A stretch of DNA of 64,000 nucleotides, from the NCBI GenBank assembly GCA_039586795.1, contig JBDHJS010000004.1:32001-96000 (forward strand). Direction: 5' to 3'. The translations under genes and the position numbers were made by a program. Source of the DNA: Gemmatimonadota bacterium (lineage in GTDB: Bacteria; Gemmatimonadota; Gemmatimonadetes; Palauibacterales; KS3-K002). Each line of letters opens with the position of its first letter. Within the stretch, counting starts at the first letter, position 1. The notes under the pieces were generated by a model, which searched no databases, was not told where the DNA came from, and worked only from the letters and a program-made list of their open reading frames with translations. This document shows, one piece after another, positions 17,545 through 27,514 of this stretch.

Positions 17545-18924
17545 ATGAGCGAACCCATCACGGTCCGCCTGCTCGACATCTTCCGCATCGGGATCGGACC
17601 TAGCTCCAGCCATACAGTTGGGCCAATGCGCGCCGCGCTGGGATTCCGCGACGCTTGCATCGATTCGAGCATTTACCCGGACCGTATCGAGGTCGATCTC
17701 AAGGGGTCACTCAGTGCCACGGGCCGTGGCCACGCCACCGATCTGGCGGTGTTGGCGGGGCTCTGTGGTTGGTACCCGGAGACATGCGATATCGATGCCT
17801 TCCACGCTCTCCGAGACAGGCTGGCCGAGGACCCGACCGTCGACTGGGGCGACGGCACAGTACCGATTGACCCCACCCGTATCCGATTTCTGAAGTACAG
17901 CGAGTATCGCGATGAGGTGCTTCCTCACCCCAATACGATGGTCTGCCGAGCCGTGGCGTCGAGCGAAGTCGTGTTCGAGCAGACCTGGTGCTCCGTCGGC
18001 GGGGGCTTTGTGCGGAGCGCCGATGAGCCGGACGGCGAGATCTGGACGCCGCCCCCGTCACCACCTCGCTACCCATTCCATGATTGCTCATCGCTGGTCG
18101 AGGCTGCCTCAGAGCTCGGCGGTTCCATAGGTGATCTCGTGCTCGCCAACGAGGAGGCGTGGGAGGAAAGCCCCCGTGCGACGGTTGAGGGTCTGGACCG
18201 CGTCTGGGAGACCTTCAAAGCCTGCATCTCCCGGGGCCTCGAGCAGCACGGAGTCTTGCCGGGCGGACTGGGCGTCGTGCGCCGAGCGTCGGAAATGATC
18301 AGACGATTGGAGTCAGGTGAGATCGACAACACCTATGCGCCAGTCGCTCGGGCACAGGCGTACGCATTTGCCGTCAACGAGGAGAACGCCGCCGGGGGAC
18401 GCGTTGTCACGGCGCCGACTAACGGCGCTGCCGGGATCGTGCCCGCGGTGCTAGTCGAAGCTGCGGAGCGACTCGATCTGACTCGTGATGCTATTCATAG
18501 AGCGCTCGCGACGGCGGGTGCCGTCGCCATGCTGGTCAAGACGCACGCCAGCCTATCGGGCGCCGAGATTGGCTGTCAGGGCGAGGTGGGAACTGCCACG
18601 GCGATGGCGGCGGCCGCGTTGTGCCAGATCCACGGGGGAGACAACAGACAGATCGAAAACGCCGCCGAGATCGCTATCGAGCACAATCTCGGTCTTACCT
18701 GTGATCCCATCAAAGGCCTCGTCCAGGCGCCCTGCATCGAACGCAATGCGATGGGCGTGGCAAAGGCTTGGAGCGCCGCGCAGCTTTCGCTTCACTCCGT
18801 CGTCGACCCCGTCGTCAGTCTCGACCGCGTGATACGCGTGATGAAGCGCACCGGTGACGACATGCGGCGTGAATACAAGGAGACGAGCGAAGGCGGATTG
18901 GCGGTATCCCTGCCCGAGTGCTAG
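17545..18924 (+). CDS. sdaA: L-serine ammonia-lyase, Fe-S dependent, single chain
   Basis: [44 protein letters not shown] and LGLTCDP..G.VQ.PCIERN motifs. Confidence 0.95.
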   Translation: MSEPITVRLLDIFRIGIGPSSSHTVGPMRAALGFRDACIDSSIYPDRIEVDLKGSLSATGRGHATDLAVLAGLCGWYPETCDIDAFHALRDRLAEDPTVDWGDGTVPIDPTRIRFLKYSEYRDEVLPHPNTMVCRAVASSEVVFEQTWCSVGGGFVRSADEPDGEIWTPPPSPPRYPFHDCSSLVEAASELGGSIGDLVLANEEAWEESPRATVEGLDRVWETFKACISRGLEQHGVLPGGLGVVRRASEMIRRLESGEIDNTYAPVARAQAYAFAVNEENAAGGRVVTAPTNGAAGIVPAVLVEAAERLDLTRDAIHRALATAGAVAMLVKTHASLSGAEIGCQGEVGTATAMAAAALCQIHGGDNRQIENAAEIAIEHNLGLTCDPIKGLVQAPCIERNAMGVAKAWSAAQLSLHSVVDPVVSLDRVIRVMKRTGDDMRREYKETSEGGLAVSLPEC

Positions 18925-19522
18925 TCGAAATTCCGTTCCACTGGTCAGGCATAAGTCCACGTTCCTTGCACAACGCACGACCGCCCAACTCACGCGAGCG
19001 GCGGGACTCGATAAAGTCTTCCGTGCTCGAAAACGCCCGAACACAGCGCTTCTCGACGTTCGGTTTATTTTCGGCTATCTTATATGCAGCAGCGGCCGAG
19101 CGGCGATTCGATCGAAGCGGGGCAGTGACGAGGGGCAAGGCCGGAACTGCTTGTTTTTAATGCAGTTAGACCTCTTCTCAGCTTTCGTTTCGCTGTCGTA
19201 CGCCTCCCGTGTGGAAACCCTCGCGGCCAGCCAGGCATCTATAAGTAATGGAGAGCATCGCCGTCCACATTGGGCCCTTAGCGCCGTGTTAGGGCGGCTC
19301 AACAGCGTTTCAGCGGGCACATGTACGGGAGGGTGCGGGCAGAACTACTGAAAACATTTCAGGTGGAGCGGCCAGGCGGATCCGAAGTCCGGAAGTGTGT
19401 GGTGGTCCTAAGTTTTTGCAGATAGGCCACTTAGGGCGCCTGCGAGGATTGCGGGGCGGCCAAGGGAAGTGCGGGAATGGAATCTGCACTTTGCCGGGCT
19501 GGAGAAAAGGGAGGACCTGGCC

Positions 19523-20245
19523 ATGATCGAAGACAGAAGACAGCACGGCGTCGCCCTGTTGGACAGGGAAGGGAGCCCGGCGGAGGAGGCGTCGTCGGAA
19601 TACGGGCAGGGGGACATGACACAGGTCACAGCAAAGAGAACACGACAGGCCAAAGTCGAAGAGTCGCTGTCCAGCTTGGCAGACAACGAGCTGGTGGCGA
19701 GTTTTCTCGACGGGAATGCCCTGGCGTTTCCGGAGCTGGTGTCGCGCTACCAGTCTCGGTTGCTGAACTTCATCTACCGAACCATCGGTGATCGCGACCG
19801 AGCTGAGGACCTGGTACAGGAGACCTTTATACGCGTCTACCGGCACCTGCACCGGTTCGACCAGTCTAAGAAGTTTTCAACGTGGATTTACACGATAGCG
19901 AGCAACCTGGCCAAGAACGAGCTGCGGAATCGCTCGCGCAACCCGCTGGTGTTGTTCCAGACGATCAAGAAGAACTGGGAAGCGGATCACCGCCCGCTGC
20001 AATGGGAGGATCCGCATTACCGGCCGGACGACCTGTTCCGCAAGCGTCATCTGCGAGACATGGTGGAGAAGGCCGTTCAGCAACTTCCGGAGCATCATCG
20101 AGCCGTGTTCGTGCTCAGGGAGATGGAAGGAAAGACGTACGAAGAGATCTCTGAGATCACCGGCGTCAATTTGGGCACGGTGAAATCGAGATTGAACCGA
20201 GCGCGAAACAATTTCGCGCAGATCATAGCCCCGATGTTGAGGTGA
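19523..20245 (+). CDS. ECF sigma-70 family RNA polymerase sigma factor (alternative start 19616)
   Basis: AEDLVQETF, FSTWIYTIASN and TYEEISEITGVNLGTVKSRLNRAR; GGAGG SD before ATG 19523. Confidence 0.92.
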   Translation: MIEDRRQHGVALLDREGSPAEEASSEYGQGDMTQVTAKRTRQAKVEESLSSLADNELVASFLDGNALAFPELVSRYQSRLLNFIYRTIGDRDRAEDLVQETFIRVYRHLHRFDQSKKFSTWIYTIASNLAKNELRNRSRNPLVLFQTIKKNWEADHRPLQWEDPHYRPDDLFRKRHLRDMVEKAVQQLPEHHRAVFVLREMEGKTYEEISEITGVNLGTVKSRLNRARNNFAQIIAPMLR

Positions 20246-20281
20246 ATCAGGCACGTATCAATTTTGTTAGCGATCTTACTA

Positions 20282-20312
20282 GGGGCGGCCGGGTGGCCGC
20301 CCCGACTTTTTT
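20282..20312 (+). terminator. Intrinsic terminator after the sigma gene
   Basis: Perfect 9-bp stem GGGGCGGCC-GGGT-GGCCGCCCC followed by gacTTTTTT. Confidence 0.75.
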
Positions 20313-20521
20313 CCTCTAGATTTCCGGCAACATCAGAACACGCCCAACCTCAGAAACTCACAGGCCGGTGGAAGTGGCTTCGGCCAGCCGATTTCCGTGC
20401 CCCCAGGGCGCGGAGCGGGGCCGGTTTTTTGGGTGGAACTCCAGGCCCGCAGATGAGTAGATAGAGGGCGACAACGGTTCAGTGCGCGGGGACCAAACGG
20501 AAGAGCGTTCCGAGCGACAGA

Positions 20522-21085
20522 ATGGACTGCGAAGAGTTTCTTGAAGATTACTCGGACTACTTTGACTGGCGTCTCGAGGAGCGTCCAGTCCAAGAGTACC
20601 GAGAGCACTTATCGAGTTGTGACGCTTGCACGGAATACGACCGGGTGATGCGTAACGGCCTTCATCTTGTCAAGGATCTGGGGGCGCCGGAGCCGGTCGA
20701 CGACTGCCTGTCACGCGTGCAACAGCGTGTTCATGCGTTGGATAGGCAGCTGGTTCACGGCATGGGTCGCCTTCGGTTTGCGGTTGCCGTCGCCGGCGTC
20801 ACAGCCGTGACGGTGATGTTCATTACGTCGCTTCCGTTCTTCCGACCTGGAGAATCAGTCGAGCTGCCGCCGGTGGTTGTGGAGATCCACCCCTCGACGG
20901 ACGAGGTCCCGTCGGTGTTCGGTCCGGCGCCGAAGCTCGCACCGCCGGCGAGCCTGCTGCGCGTTCCGAGCCTCGCCACCGAAGGCCTGCTGGCTACTCC
21001 ACCTGAGCAGATCCCACTCTTCCGCACGCCGCTAAGAACGACGGCCGTCCAGGCCAGAGTCAGCGATGAGGCGGTAGCCCGCTAG
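20522..21085 (+). CDS. Zinc-binding anti-sigma factor (zf-HC2/ZAS) with one TM helix
   Basis: MDCEEF...HLSSCDAC (HxxxCxxC), then a hydrophobic helix and a Pro-rich tail; follows the ECF sigma gene. Confidence 0.82.
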   Translation: MDCEEFLEDYSDYFDWRLEERPVQEYREHLSSCDACTEYDRVMRNGLHLVKDLGAPEPVDDCLSRVQQRVHALDRQLVHGMGRLRFAVAVAGVTAVTVMFITSLPFFRPGESVELPPVVVEIHPSTDEVPSVFGPAPKLAPPASLLRVPSLATEGLLATPPEQIPLFRTPLRTTAVQARVSDEAVAR

Positions 21086-21137
21086 CCACCCGGAAAGCTA
21101 TGTTGACAGTCTTCGAGCCCGTGTCCATTACTTGGAT

Positions 21138-22196
21138 ATGGGTGAGCTGACGTTTGACAAGCTTGGCGACCGTCTGGCTGGAGGGCAGCTGGGCGGGAGC
21201 TACTTCCTTAAGACGGACGACCCCTTCCTTCGCGACGAAGCGATTGTGCTCCTGACGCAGGCGCACCTTGGCGGCGGCTCTTCTGATTTCGATCTCGATC
21301 AGCTCAGCGGGTCGGAGATAGATGCAGCGACGCTGGCCGCAGTGCTGGAAACGCCACCGATGCTGTCGGAGTATCGTATGGTGATCGTAAGGGACGCGCA
21401 GGGGCTGACTCCGACGGCCCGCTCGGTGGTGGAAGGGGCGATATCGACGGACGTGCGCAGTCGGGTGCTGGTGATCACGGCGGATATTCCTCGGGGATCG
21501 AAGGCGAAGTTCTACGACACGCTCCGCAAGAAGTGCGTCACGGTGTCGCTGAAGGCGCCTCAGCCATCGGAGCTGCCGGGCTGGCTGGCGAAACGGGCCC
21601 GGGCGGTTCACGACGTGGAGCTGGATATCCAAGCGGCCCAACTCCTGGCGGCAGGGATTGGGCCGCGTCTGGGCGTTCTGGCCCAGGAGTTGGAGAAGTT
21701 GGCCAACTACGTCGATCCGGCGAAGCGAATCAGAACGGAGGATGCGCGAGCGGGGATGGGCGCACTGCCGCAGGTGGATCGCTGGCAGTGGATCGACAAG
21801 GTGGCCGATCGACAACTCGGGGCGGCACTGTCCGAGTTGGGAGATCTGCTGGACTCCGGAGAAAGCCCCGTGGCGCTCATCGGTGCGATCACGGAGGCGC
21901 TGGTGCGGGTCGGTCTGGCTTTGGAGGGCGAGAACGCGCTGGTGCGCGTTCTGAAACGTGACGGTACATACCGCAATCTGGGTTGGAAGGTGAAGAGCAT
22001 CGTGAGGCAGGCGCGGCGATGGTCCCGGGAAGAGATTGACGTCGCCTTGGAGGAGCTGTTCCAGGCGGATCGTTTGATCAAGTCCGGAGGACTAGCGCCG
22101 CCTGAGGCACTCGAAGAAGCGCTCCTACGGATAGGTGCGATGGATACCGGTGGAAGGCGCGTGACGACGACGGGTGCGGGAGGACGACGTGGCTAA
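21138..22196 (+). CDS. holA: DNA polymerase III delta subunit
   Basis: D.FL..EA, LETPPML..RMVIV, LAQELEKLANY and ADRLIKSGG motifs; typical length. Confidence 0.85.
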   Translation: MGELTFDKLGDRLAGGQLGGSYFLKTDDPFLRDEAIVLLTQAHLGGGSSDFDLDQLSGSEIDAATLAAVLETPPMLSEYRMVIVRDAQGLTPTARSVVEGAISTDVRSRVLVITADIPRGSKAKFYDTLRKKCVTVSLKAPQPSELPGWLAKRARAVHDVELDIQAAQLLAAGIGPRLGVLAQELEKLANYVDPAKRIRTEDARAGMGALPQVDRWQWIDKVADRQLGAALSELGDLLDSGESPVALIGAITEALVRVGLALEGENALVRVLKRDGTYRNLGWKVKSIVRQARRWSREEIDVALEELFQADRLIKSGGLAPPEALEEALLRIGAMDTGGRRVTTTGAGGRRG

Positions 22197-23028
22197 GGGT
22201 CTTGGCGGTAGCGTGAGGTTTTGGTGTGGGCTGGTCGCAGTGTGCCTATCGGTCAGTTCGATCGGTGTGAGCCAAGCGATGACGCAAGAAGAATCCGCAC
22301 TGGACAGGGCCGAGCGACTGGCCAACGAGGGTGAAATTCGCGAAGCGCGACAGGCGTTGGCCAGTTGGGAGAGCGAGCACGGCGAGCTGGCGCCGCTGAA
22401 TGAGCGGGTGCGTGCGTGGTACATCAGCGCGCGCTTGACGGAGGACGCGTCCGAGGCGGAGCTACTCTATTTGAGAGTGATCATAGAGGGATCGAGCACC
22501 CGCTATGCGGATGACGCCTTGTTGCGGCTCGGACAGTACATGTATACGACGCAGGCCCATGATCGGGCGATTGACTACATGGTGCGCTTGAGGCGTGATT
22601 ACCCGACCAGCGAACATGCTCCCGAAGCACTGCTGTGGATCGCGCGCTCCGCCCGGGCATTGGGGGACAACGAGCGGTCCTGTGCGGCGGCGGAGCAGGG
22701 GCTTAGCGAGCTGGCGCCGGCGGCGAATCCCGATCTCGAGATCGCGTTGCTGGAGCAGAGTCGCGGCTGCCGGGACACCGAGGGTAGCTATACCGTGCAA
22801 GTCGCGGCGTTCAGAGACGAGGTGGCGGCGCAGAACCTGGCGCGCGAGCTTCTGTCCATGGGATTCGATGCGTGGGTGCTGGGCGCCACGAGTGAAGACC
22901 CAGTACATCGCGTGCGGGTGGGGCGCCGACTGATAAGGGGCGAAGCGGAGGCGTTGCACGAGCGCCTGACCCGAATGGGCTATTCGCCGTTCATCGTGCA
23001 GCAGCAGCAGCCTGCGGGTGGTAGCTGA
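22189..23028 (+). CDS. Secreted TPR plus SPOR domain protein
   Basis: GGAGG before GTG; signal peptide; ADDALLRLG and YPTSEHAPEALL TPR-like segments; C-terminal YTVQVAAF...HRVRVG SPOR motif. Confidence 0.75.
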   Translation: MAKGLGGSVRFWCGLVAVCLSVSSIGVSQAMTQEESALDRAERLANEGEIREARQALASWESEHGELAPLNERVRAWYISARLTEDASEAELLYLRVIIEGSSTRYADDALLRLGQYMYTTQAHDRAIDYMVRLRRDYPTSEHAPEALLWIARSARALGDNERSCAAAEQGLSELAPAANPDLEIALLEQSRGCRDTEGSYTVQVAAFRDEVAAQNLARELLSMGFDAWVLGATSEDPVHRVRVGRRLIRGEAEALHERLTRMGYSPFIVQQQQPAGGS

Positions 23029-23067
23029 CTGAAGGATCACCTCGACCGAGTTGGAGATACAGCGCAG

Positions 23068-25680
23068 TTGTCCAAGGCAGCAAACACGCCGTTGATGCGA
23101 CAGTACCTCGAGATGAAGGGGCGCCATCCCGACGCGATCCTCTTCTTCCAGGTCGGGGATTTCTACGAGATGTTCTTCGATGACGCTGAAGAAGCTTCCC
23201 GCCTTCTCAACCTCACACTCACCTCCCGAAACAACGGCGAAGCGGCTGACGTCCCACTTGCTGGAGTGCCGATCAAGGCGGCGCAAGAGTACCTGCAAAA
23301 GCTGGTGCAGATGGGGCGCCGGGTGGCGATATGCCAGCAGGTAGAAGATGCGGCCCAGGCTCAGGGACTGGTCCGGCGCGAGGTTGTCGAGATGGTGACG
23401 CCGGGAGTCGTTCTTTCCGACGCGTTGCTGTCCGCAGCTCAGAACAACTTCATGGCGGCGATCGCCGGGTCGGAAGACGGGGCGAATGTGGGACTGGCGT
23501 GGGCAGACATCTCAACCGGTGAGTTCTATTGCGCCGTCGTGCCGCATCCGGAATTGGGCTCCGAGTTGGACCGTGTCGATGCTCGCGAGATTCTATTCCC
23601 TCGGTCCTGGGATACGGGCGACGGTACCTTAGCGAACAGGTCGAATCGTCCCTGCGTATTCCGCGACGATTGGTGCTTCGACGTCGAAATCACCGGCGAA
23701 GCGATATGCCGCCACTTCAAGATCAAGAGCCTGACCAGCCTGGGTTTGACGGAAGAGGGCGATGAGCTCGCGGTGCGAGCCGCAGGCGCATTACTCGCTT
23801 ATCTGCTCGATGTACAGCCGGGCGGAGGCAGCCAGCTCAAGCCACCGTACATCGAGAGGGAAAGCGCCGCGCTCCACATGGACGAGATGACGCGTCGCAA
23901 CCTAGAGGTTGTGCGGCCGATGCGCGCGGATTCGGGGGGGACGGCGCTGCTCGATGTCGTGGATGGGACGCTCACACCGATGGGCGCTCGATTGCTGCGA
24001 TCGTTCCTGCTCCGACCGCTCGCCAACGCGGCGGCGATTCGCCGACGCCTGGACGCCGTCGAGGAACTATACGAAGACGGCCAACGGCGGAAACAGGTCA
24101 GGTCGGCGCTGAAGGCGGTACGAGATCTGGAGCGCCTGGCGGGGAAAGCCGGCGCCGGCCGCTCGACGCCGCGCGACCTGCTGGCCTTGGCGGCATCGCT
24201 CGCCTCGGCGCCACCGCTGGTCGAGGCGTTGCAGGCGCCGACGGCGCAAGAACTAACCGAAGTACTGAAGGACTTTGACCCGGTCGAGGACGTCGCTGAG
24301 CTTCTGGAGCGGGCGATCGATCCCGAGGCCCCGGCCGCGTTGTCGGACGGCGGGGTGATACGAACCGGATACTCGTCGGAGCTGGATGAGTTGAGGTCGG
24401 TTCGCGATGGTGCGGTGGGCTGGATTGCGGAGCTTCAGGGTCGAGAGCGTGAGCGCACGGGTATCGCCTCGCTGAAGGTCGGGTACAACAAAGTATTCGG
24501 CTACTACATCGAGGTAAGCAAACCGAACCTGAGCAAAGTACCGGACGACTATCAGCGTCGTCAGACCCTCACCAACGCCGAGCGGTTCGTGACGCCGGAG
24601 CTCAAGGAGTGGGAATCCAAGGTCTTGAGTGCCGAGGAGCGGATCGGTGATCTGGAACAAATGTTGTTTCGGGACATTCGTGACCAGGTCGCCGCAGAGG
24701 TTGTCAGGTTGCAGGACCTGGCGCAGCGGGTTGCCAGGATCGACGTGTTCTCTTCGTTGGCGCAGGTGGCGGAGCGAAATGACTACATCCGCCCGAGCAT
24801 CGATGAAGAGGATCGACTGGAGATCAGCGGCGGCCGACATCCCGTCGTAGAGCGCATGATGCCGCGTGAGCAATTCGTTCCCAACGACATTCGCCTCGAT
24901 ACCGAGGAGCGAGTCATCATACTGACTGGCCCCAACATGGCGGGCAAGTCAACGATCCTGCGCCAGGTCGGCCTGATCACGCTTCTCGCGCAGGCTGGGT
25001 CATTCATCCCGGCGGACGCGGGCGCGATCGGCGTGATCGATCGAATGTTCACGCGCGTCGGGGCTAGCGACAACATCGCTACGGGCCACAGTACGTTCAT
25101 GGTCGAAATGATCGAGACCGCCGCGATACTCAATGGCGCAACCGATCGCAGCCTTGTCCTGCTGGACGAGATCGGCCGCGGAACATCGACTTATGACGGT
25201 GTGTCCATCGCGTGGGCGGTGACAGAGCACATTCACGAGCGCGTCCAGGCGAAGACCATATTTGCCACTCACTACCACGAGTTGACGCAGATTTGCGATA
25301 TCTTGCCTTCCGCTGCTGCTTGGAACGTGGCCGTCAAGGAGGTGGGCGACGACATTGTATTCTTGCGGAGGCTCGAACCGGGTGGCGCCGATCGATCGTA
25401 TGGGGTCCAGGTGGCGCGGCTCGCCGGTTTGCCCCGAGATGTCATCGAACGGGCGCGTCAGATCCTCAAGGACCTGGAAGGTGTAGAAGTGGACGGAGGG
25501 TCCGGCGTCGGGCGCCGAGGCCGATTGCCAAGCTCGGCCGATCAGACGCAGCTTTCACTCTTCCAGGTTACGGAAAGTCCGGTGTTGGAGCGGCTGCGCG
25601 GCCTTGAACTGAACGAAATGACTCCGCTGGAAGCGCTCAACATCCTCACGGAGTTGAGACGGCAACTGGAGGACGCGTGA
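23068..25680 (+). CDS. mutS: DNA mismatch repair protein MutS
   Basis: TPLMRQY, GDFYEMF, TGPNMAGKST, STFMVEM, DEIGRGTST, FATHYHEL and SYGVQVARLAG motifs. Confidence 0.98.
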   Translation: MSKAANTPLMRQYLEMKGRHPDAILFFQVGDFYEMFFDDAEEASRLLNLTLTSRNNGEAADVPLAGVPIKAAQEYLQKLVQMGRRVAICQQVEDAAQAQGLVRREVVEMVTPGVVLSDALLSAAQNNFMAAIAGSEDGANVGLAWADISTGEFYCAVVPHPELGSELDRVDAREILFPRSWDTGDGTLANRSNRPCVFRDDWCFDVEITGEAICRHFKIKSLTSLGLTEEGDELAVRAAGALLAYLLDVQPGGGSQLKPPYIERESAALHMDEMTRRNLEVVRPMRADSGGTALLDVVDGTLTPMGARLLRSFLLRPLANAAAIRRRLDAVEELYEDGQRRKQVRSALKAVRDLERLAGKAGAGRSTPRDLLALAASLASAPPLVEALQAPTAQELTEVLKDFDPVEDVAELLERAIDPEAPAALSDGGVIRTGYSSELDELRSVRDGAVGWIAELQGRERERTGIASLKVGYNKVFGYYIEVSKPNLSKVPDDYQRRQTLTNAERFVTPELKEWESKVLSAEERIGDLEQMLFRDIRDQVAAEVVRLQDLAQRVARIDVFSSLAQVAERNDYIRPSIDEEDRLEISGGRHPVVERMMPREQFVPNDIRLDTEERVIILTGPNMAGKSTILRQVGLITLLAQAGSFIPADAGAIGVIDRMFTRVGASDNIATGHSTFMVEMIETAAILNGATDRSLVLLDEIGRGTSTYDGVSIAWAVTEHIHERVQAKTIFATHYHELTQICDILPSAAAWNVAVKEVGDDIVFLRRLEPGGADRSYGVQVARLAGLPRDVIERARQILKDLEGVEVDGGSGVGRRGRLPSSADQTQLSLFQVTESPVLERLRGLELNEMTPLEALNILTELRRQLEDA

Positions 25681-26084
25681 GACGGATTCTGATGGTGGGG
25701 CTGATCGTGGCGACCGTAGCGGTTGCCTACGCTGCCGCTGCCGAGCGGCTCAGCTTTGATGGGCTGTTCCGCAAGCGAGTACAGAGACTGCCAGCACTGC
25801 GCACCCAGGAGATGCCGTTTCGCTACCCGGTCAGACTCTGGAGGAACGGCATCGAGGGCGAAGTCTTGCTCAGGGTCCACATCAGCGAAGCGGGTACGGT
25901 GGACTCGGTCGAGATTTCACGCTCGAGCGGTCACGCCGAGCTCGATTCAATAGCGCTGGTGGGGGCCTGGGAGCTCGAGTACCACCCGGCGACTATCGGT
26001 AGCAAGACGGTAGCGGTATGGGCGGCCCTACCCGTCCGCTTTCAGCGATATTCTACGAACGTCAGGCAGGAAGAGAGGGAGTGA
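25677..26084 (+). CDS. TonB C-terminal domain protein
   Basis: YP....GIEGEVLLRVHISEAGTV....SSGHAELD..A, with an N-terminal hydrophobic segment. Confidence 0.82.
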   Translation: MRRILMVGLIVATVAVAYAAAAERLSFDGLFRKRVQRLPALRTQEMPFRYPVRLWRNGIEGEVLLRVHISEAGTVDSVEISRSSGHAELDSIALVGAWELEYHPATIGSKTVAVWAALPVRFQRYSTNVRQEERE

Positions 26085-27490
26085 TGCCGGACGACAGCGG
26101 GCGCAAAGCCCATACGCGACCGTACGACAGTGTACTCGATGTGATTGGCTGGACGCCCCTAATCCGGCTGAAGTCGGTGGTCAATGGAGCGGTCACACCC
26201 GTCTACGGAAAGATGGAGGCGATGAACCCGGGCGGGTCGGTGAAGGACCGGATAGGCATCGCGATGATCGAGGCTGCCGAACAGGCGGGTATTCTGAAGC
26301 CCGGTGGCGTCATCGTGGAGGGCACGGCGGGGAATACTGGCGTTGGGCTGGCGATCGCCGCATGCGTGAAGGGCTATCGATGCATCTTCACCATGCCGGA
26401 CAAATTCAGCCAGGAGAAGATCAGGCTGATGCGAGCCTTCGGCGCACAGGTGATCATCACGCCGACGGCGGTGCCGCCGGACCATCAAGACAATTACCTG
26501 AACGTGGCCCGACGCATCGTAGAAGAGACACCGGGCGCCATCATGGCGGACCAGTTCTACAACCAGGCGAACCCGGAAGCCCACTATCAGACCACTGGAC
26601 CGGAGATCTGGGAGCAGACGGAAGGTCGCGTCACTCATTTCGTCGGTGCCGCCGGCACGGGCGGAACGCTGACCGGGATCGCCCGTTACTTGAAGGAACG
26701 TAACCCGGCCGTGAAAGTGATTGCCGGTGACCCGGCCGGCTCGATATACGTGCACTATCACGAGCACGGTGAAATAGGGCCGCACGCGCCGTACATGGTG
26801 GAGGGCGTTGGCAACGACCGCATACCCACGACGCTCGATTTCGAGCTCGTGGATGAGTTTCGCTCGGTCGAGGACAGGCACTCCCTCAACATGGCGCGGC
26901 GTATTACGCGAGAGGAAGGCCTGTTCGTCGGCGGCTCATCGGGCCTGAACACCTTCGTGGCGGTTCAGCTAGCTCGCGAGCTGAACGACCCTGAAGCGCT
27001 GATCGTTGCCCTGCTGCCCGATACGGGCGAGCGCTACCTGTCCAAGCTGTATAATGACGAGTGGATGCAGGAGAATCGTCTACTTGGCCGGGAGACGGCC
27101 ACGATCGATGTCGTCCTGCAGCAGAAGCGACGCGAGATTCCTCAGCTGATCGCCGTGGCGCCCGATACATCTGTGAGGCAGGCGCTTGGACTGATCGAGG
27201 ACAACAACGTGTCGCAGCTACCTGTACTGCAGGAGCGTGAGTGTGTCGGCTCTGTATCCGAGTCTGGACTGATGTCGCGTCTGGTTCAAGATCCGGAACT
27301 TATCGACATGCCGGTCGAGGGCGTAATGGAAACCCCGTTCCCGATTGTCGAGGTTGATGATGATTTCGATCTCGTTACCCGGGAGTTGAGCGGCGGCCGA
27401 TCAGCGGTTCTGATCCGCGCGCAAGGCGAACCAGCCGGGATCATTACGCGATTCGATCTCGTGCATTACCTGATCGGCTTTGGTCATTAA
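26084..27490 (+). CDS. cbs: Cystathionine beta-synthase-like PLP enzyme with C-terminal CBS domain pair
   Basis: NPGGSVKDRIG, GTAGNTG, GTGGT and PDTGERYLSK motifs, plus CBS-domain tail (VSQLPV, GIITRFDL). Confidence 0.88.
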   Translation: MPDDSGRKAHTRPYDSVLDVIGWTPLIRLKSVVNGAVTPVYGKMEAMNPGGSVKDRIGIAMIEAAEQAGILKPGGVIVEGTAGNTGVGLAIAACVKGYRCIFTMPDKFSQEKIRLMRAFGAQVIITPTAVPPDHQDNYLNVARRIVEETPGAIMADQFYNQANPEAHYQTTGPEIWEQTEGRVTHFVGAAGTGGTLTGIARYLKERNPAVKVIAGDPAGSIYVHYHEHGEIGPHAPYMVEGVGNDRIPTTLDFELVDEFRSVEDRHSLNMARRITREEGLFVGGSSGLNTFVAVQLARELNDPEALIVALLPDTGERYLSKLYNDEWMQENRLLGRETATIDVVLQQKRREIPQLIAVAPDTSVRQALGLIEDNNVSQLPVLQERECVGSVSESGLMSRLVQDPELIDMPVEGVMETPFPIVEVDDDFDLVTRELSGGRSAVLIRAQGEPAGIITRFDLVHYLIGFGH

Positions 27491-27514
27491 AGACCTCCAA
27501 AGTAGGGACGCTCT

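Noticed and set aside
18854..19351. Short ORFs in the sdaA-sigma intergenic region
   Set aside because: No SD, atypical composition, mutually overlapping, no recognisable motif.
19483..19498. Possible sigma54 -24/-12 site before the ECF sigma gene
   Set aside because: Only GG-N10-GC spacing matches; flanking TGGCAC/TTGC consensus is poor.
20355..20424. Resemblance to a c-di-GMP-I riboswitch (CACAGG ... TTCCG ... AGCGGGG)
   Set aside because: Lacks the GGCAAA/GCAAAGCC core and the GNRA tetraloop-receptor; kept only as an unassigned structure.
21103..21136. TTGACA upstream of holA as a promoter
   Set aside because: No acceptable -10 hexamer at 16-18 nt spacing.
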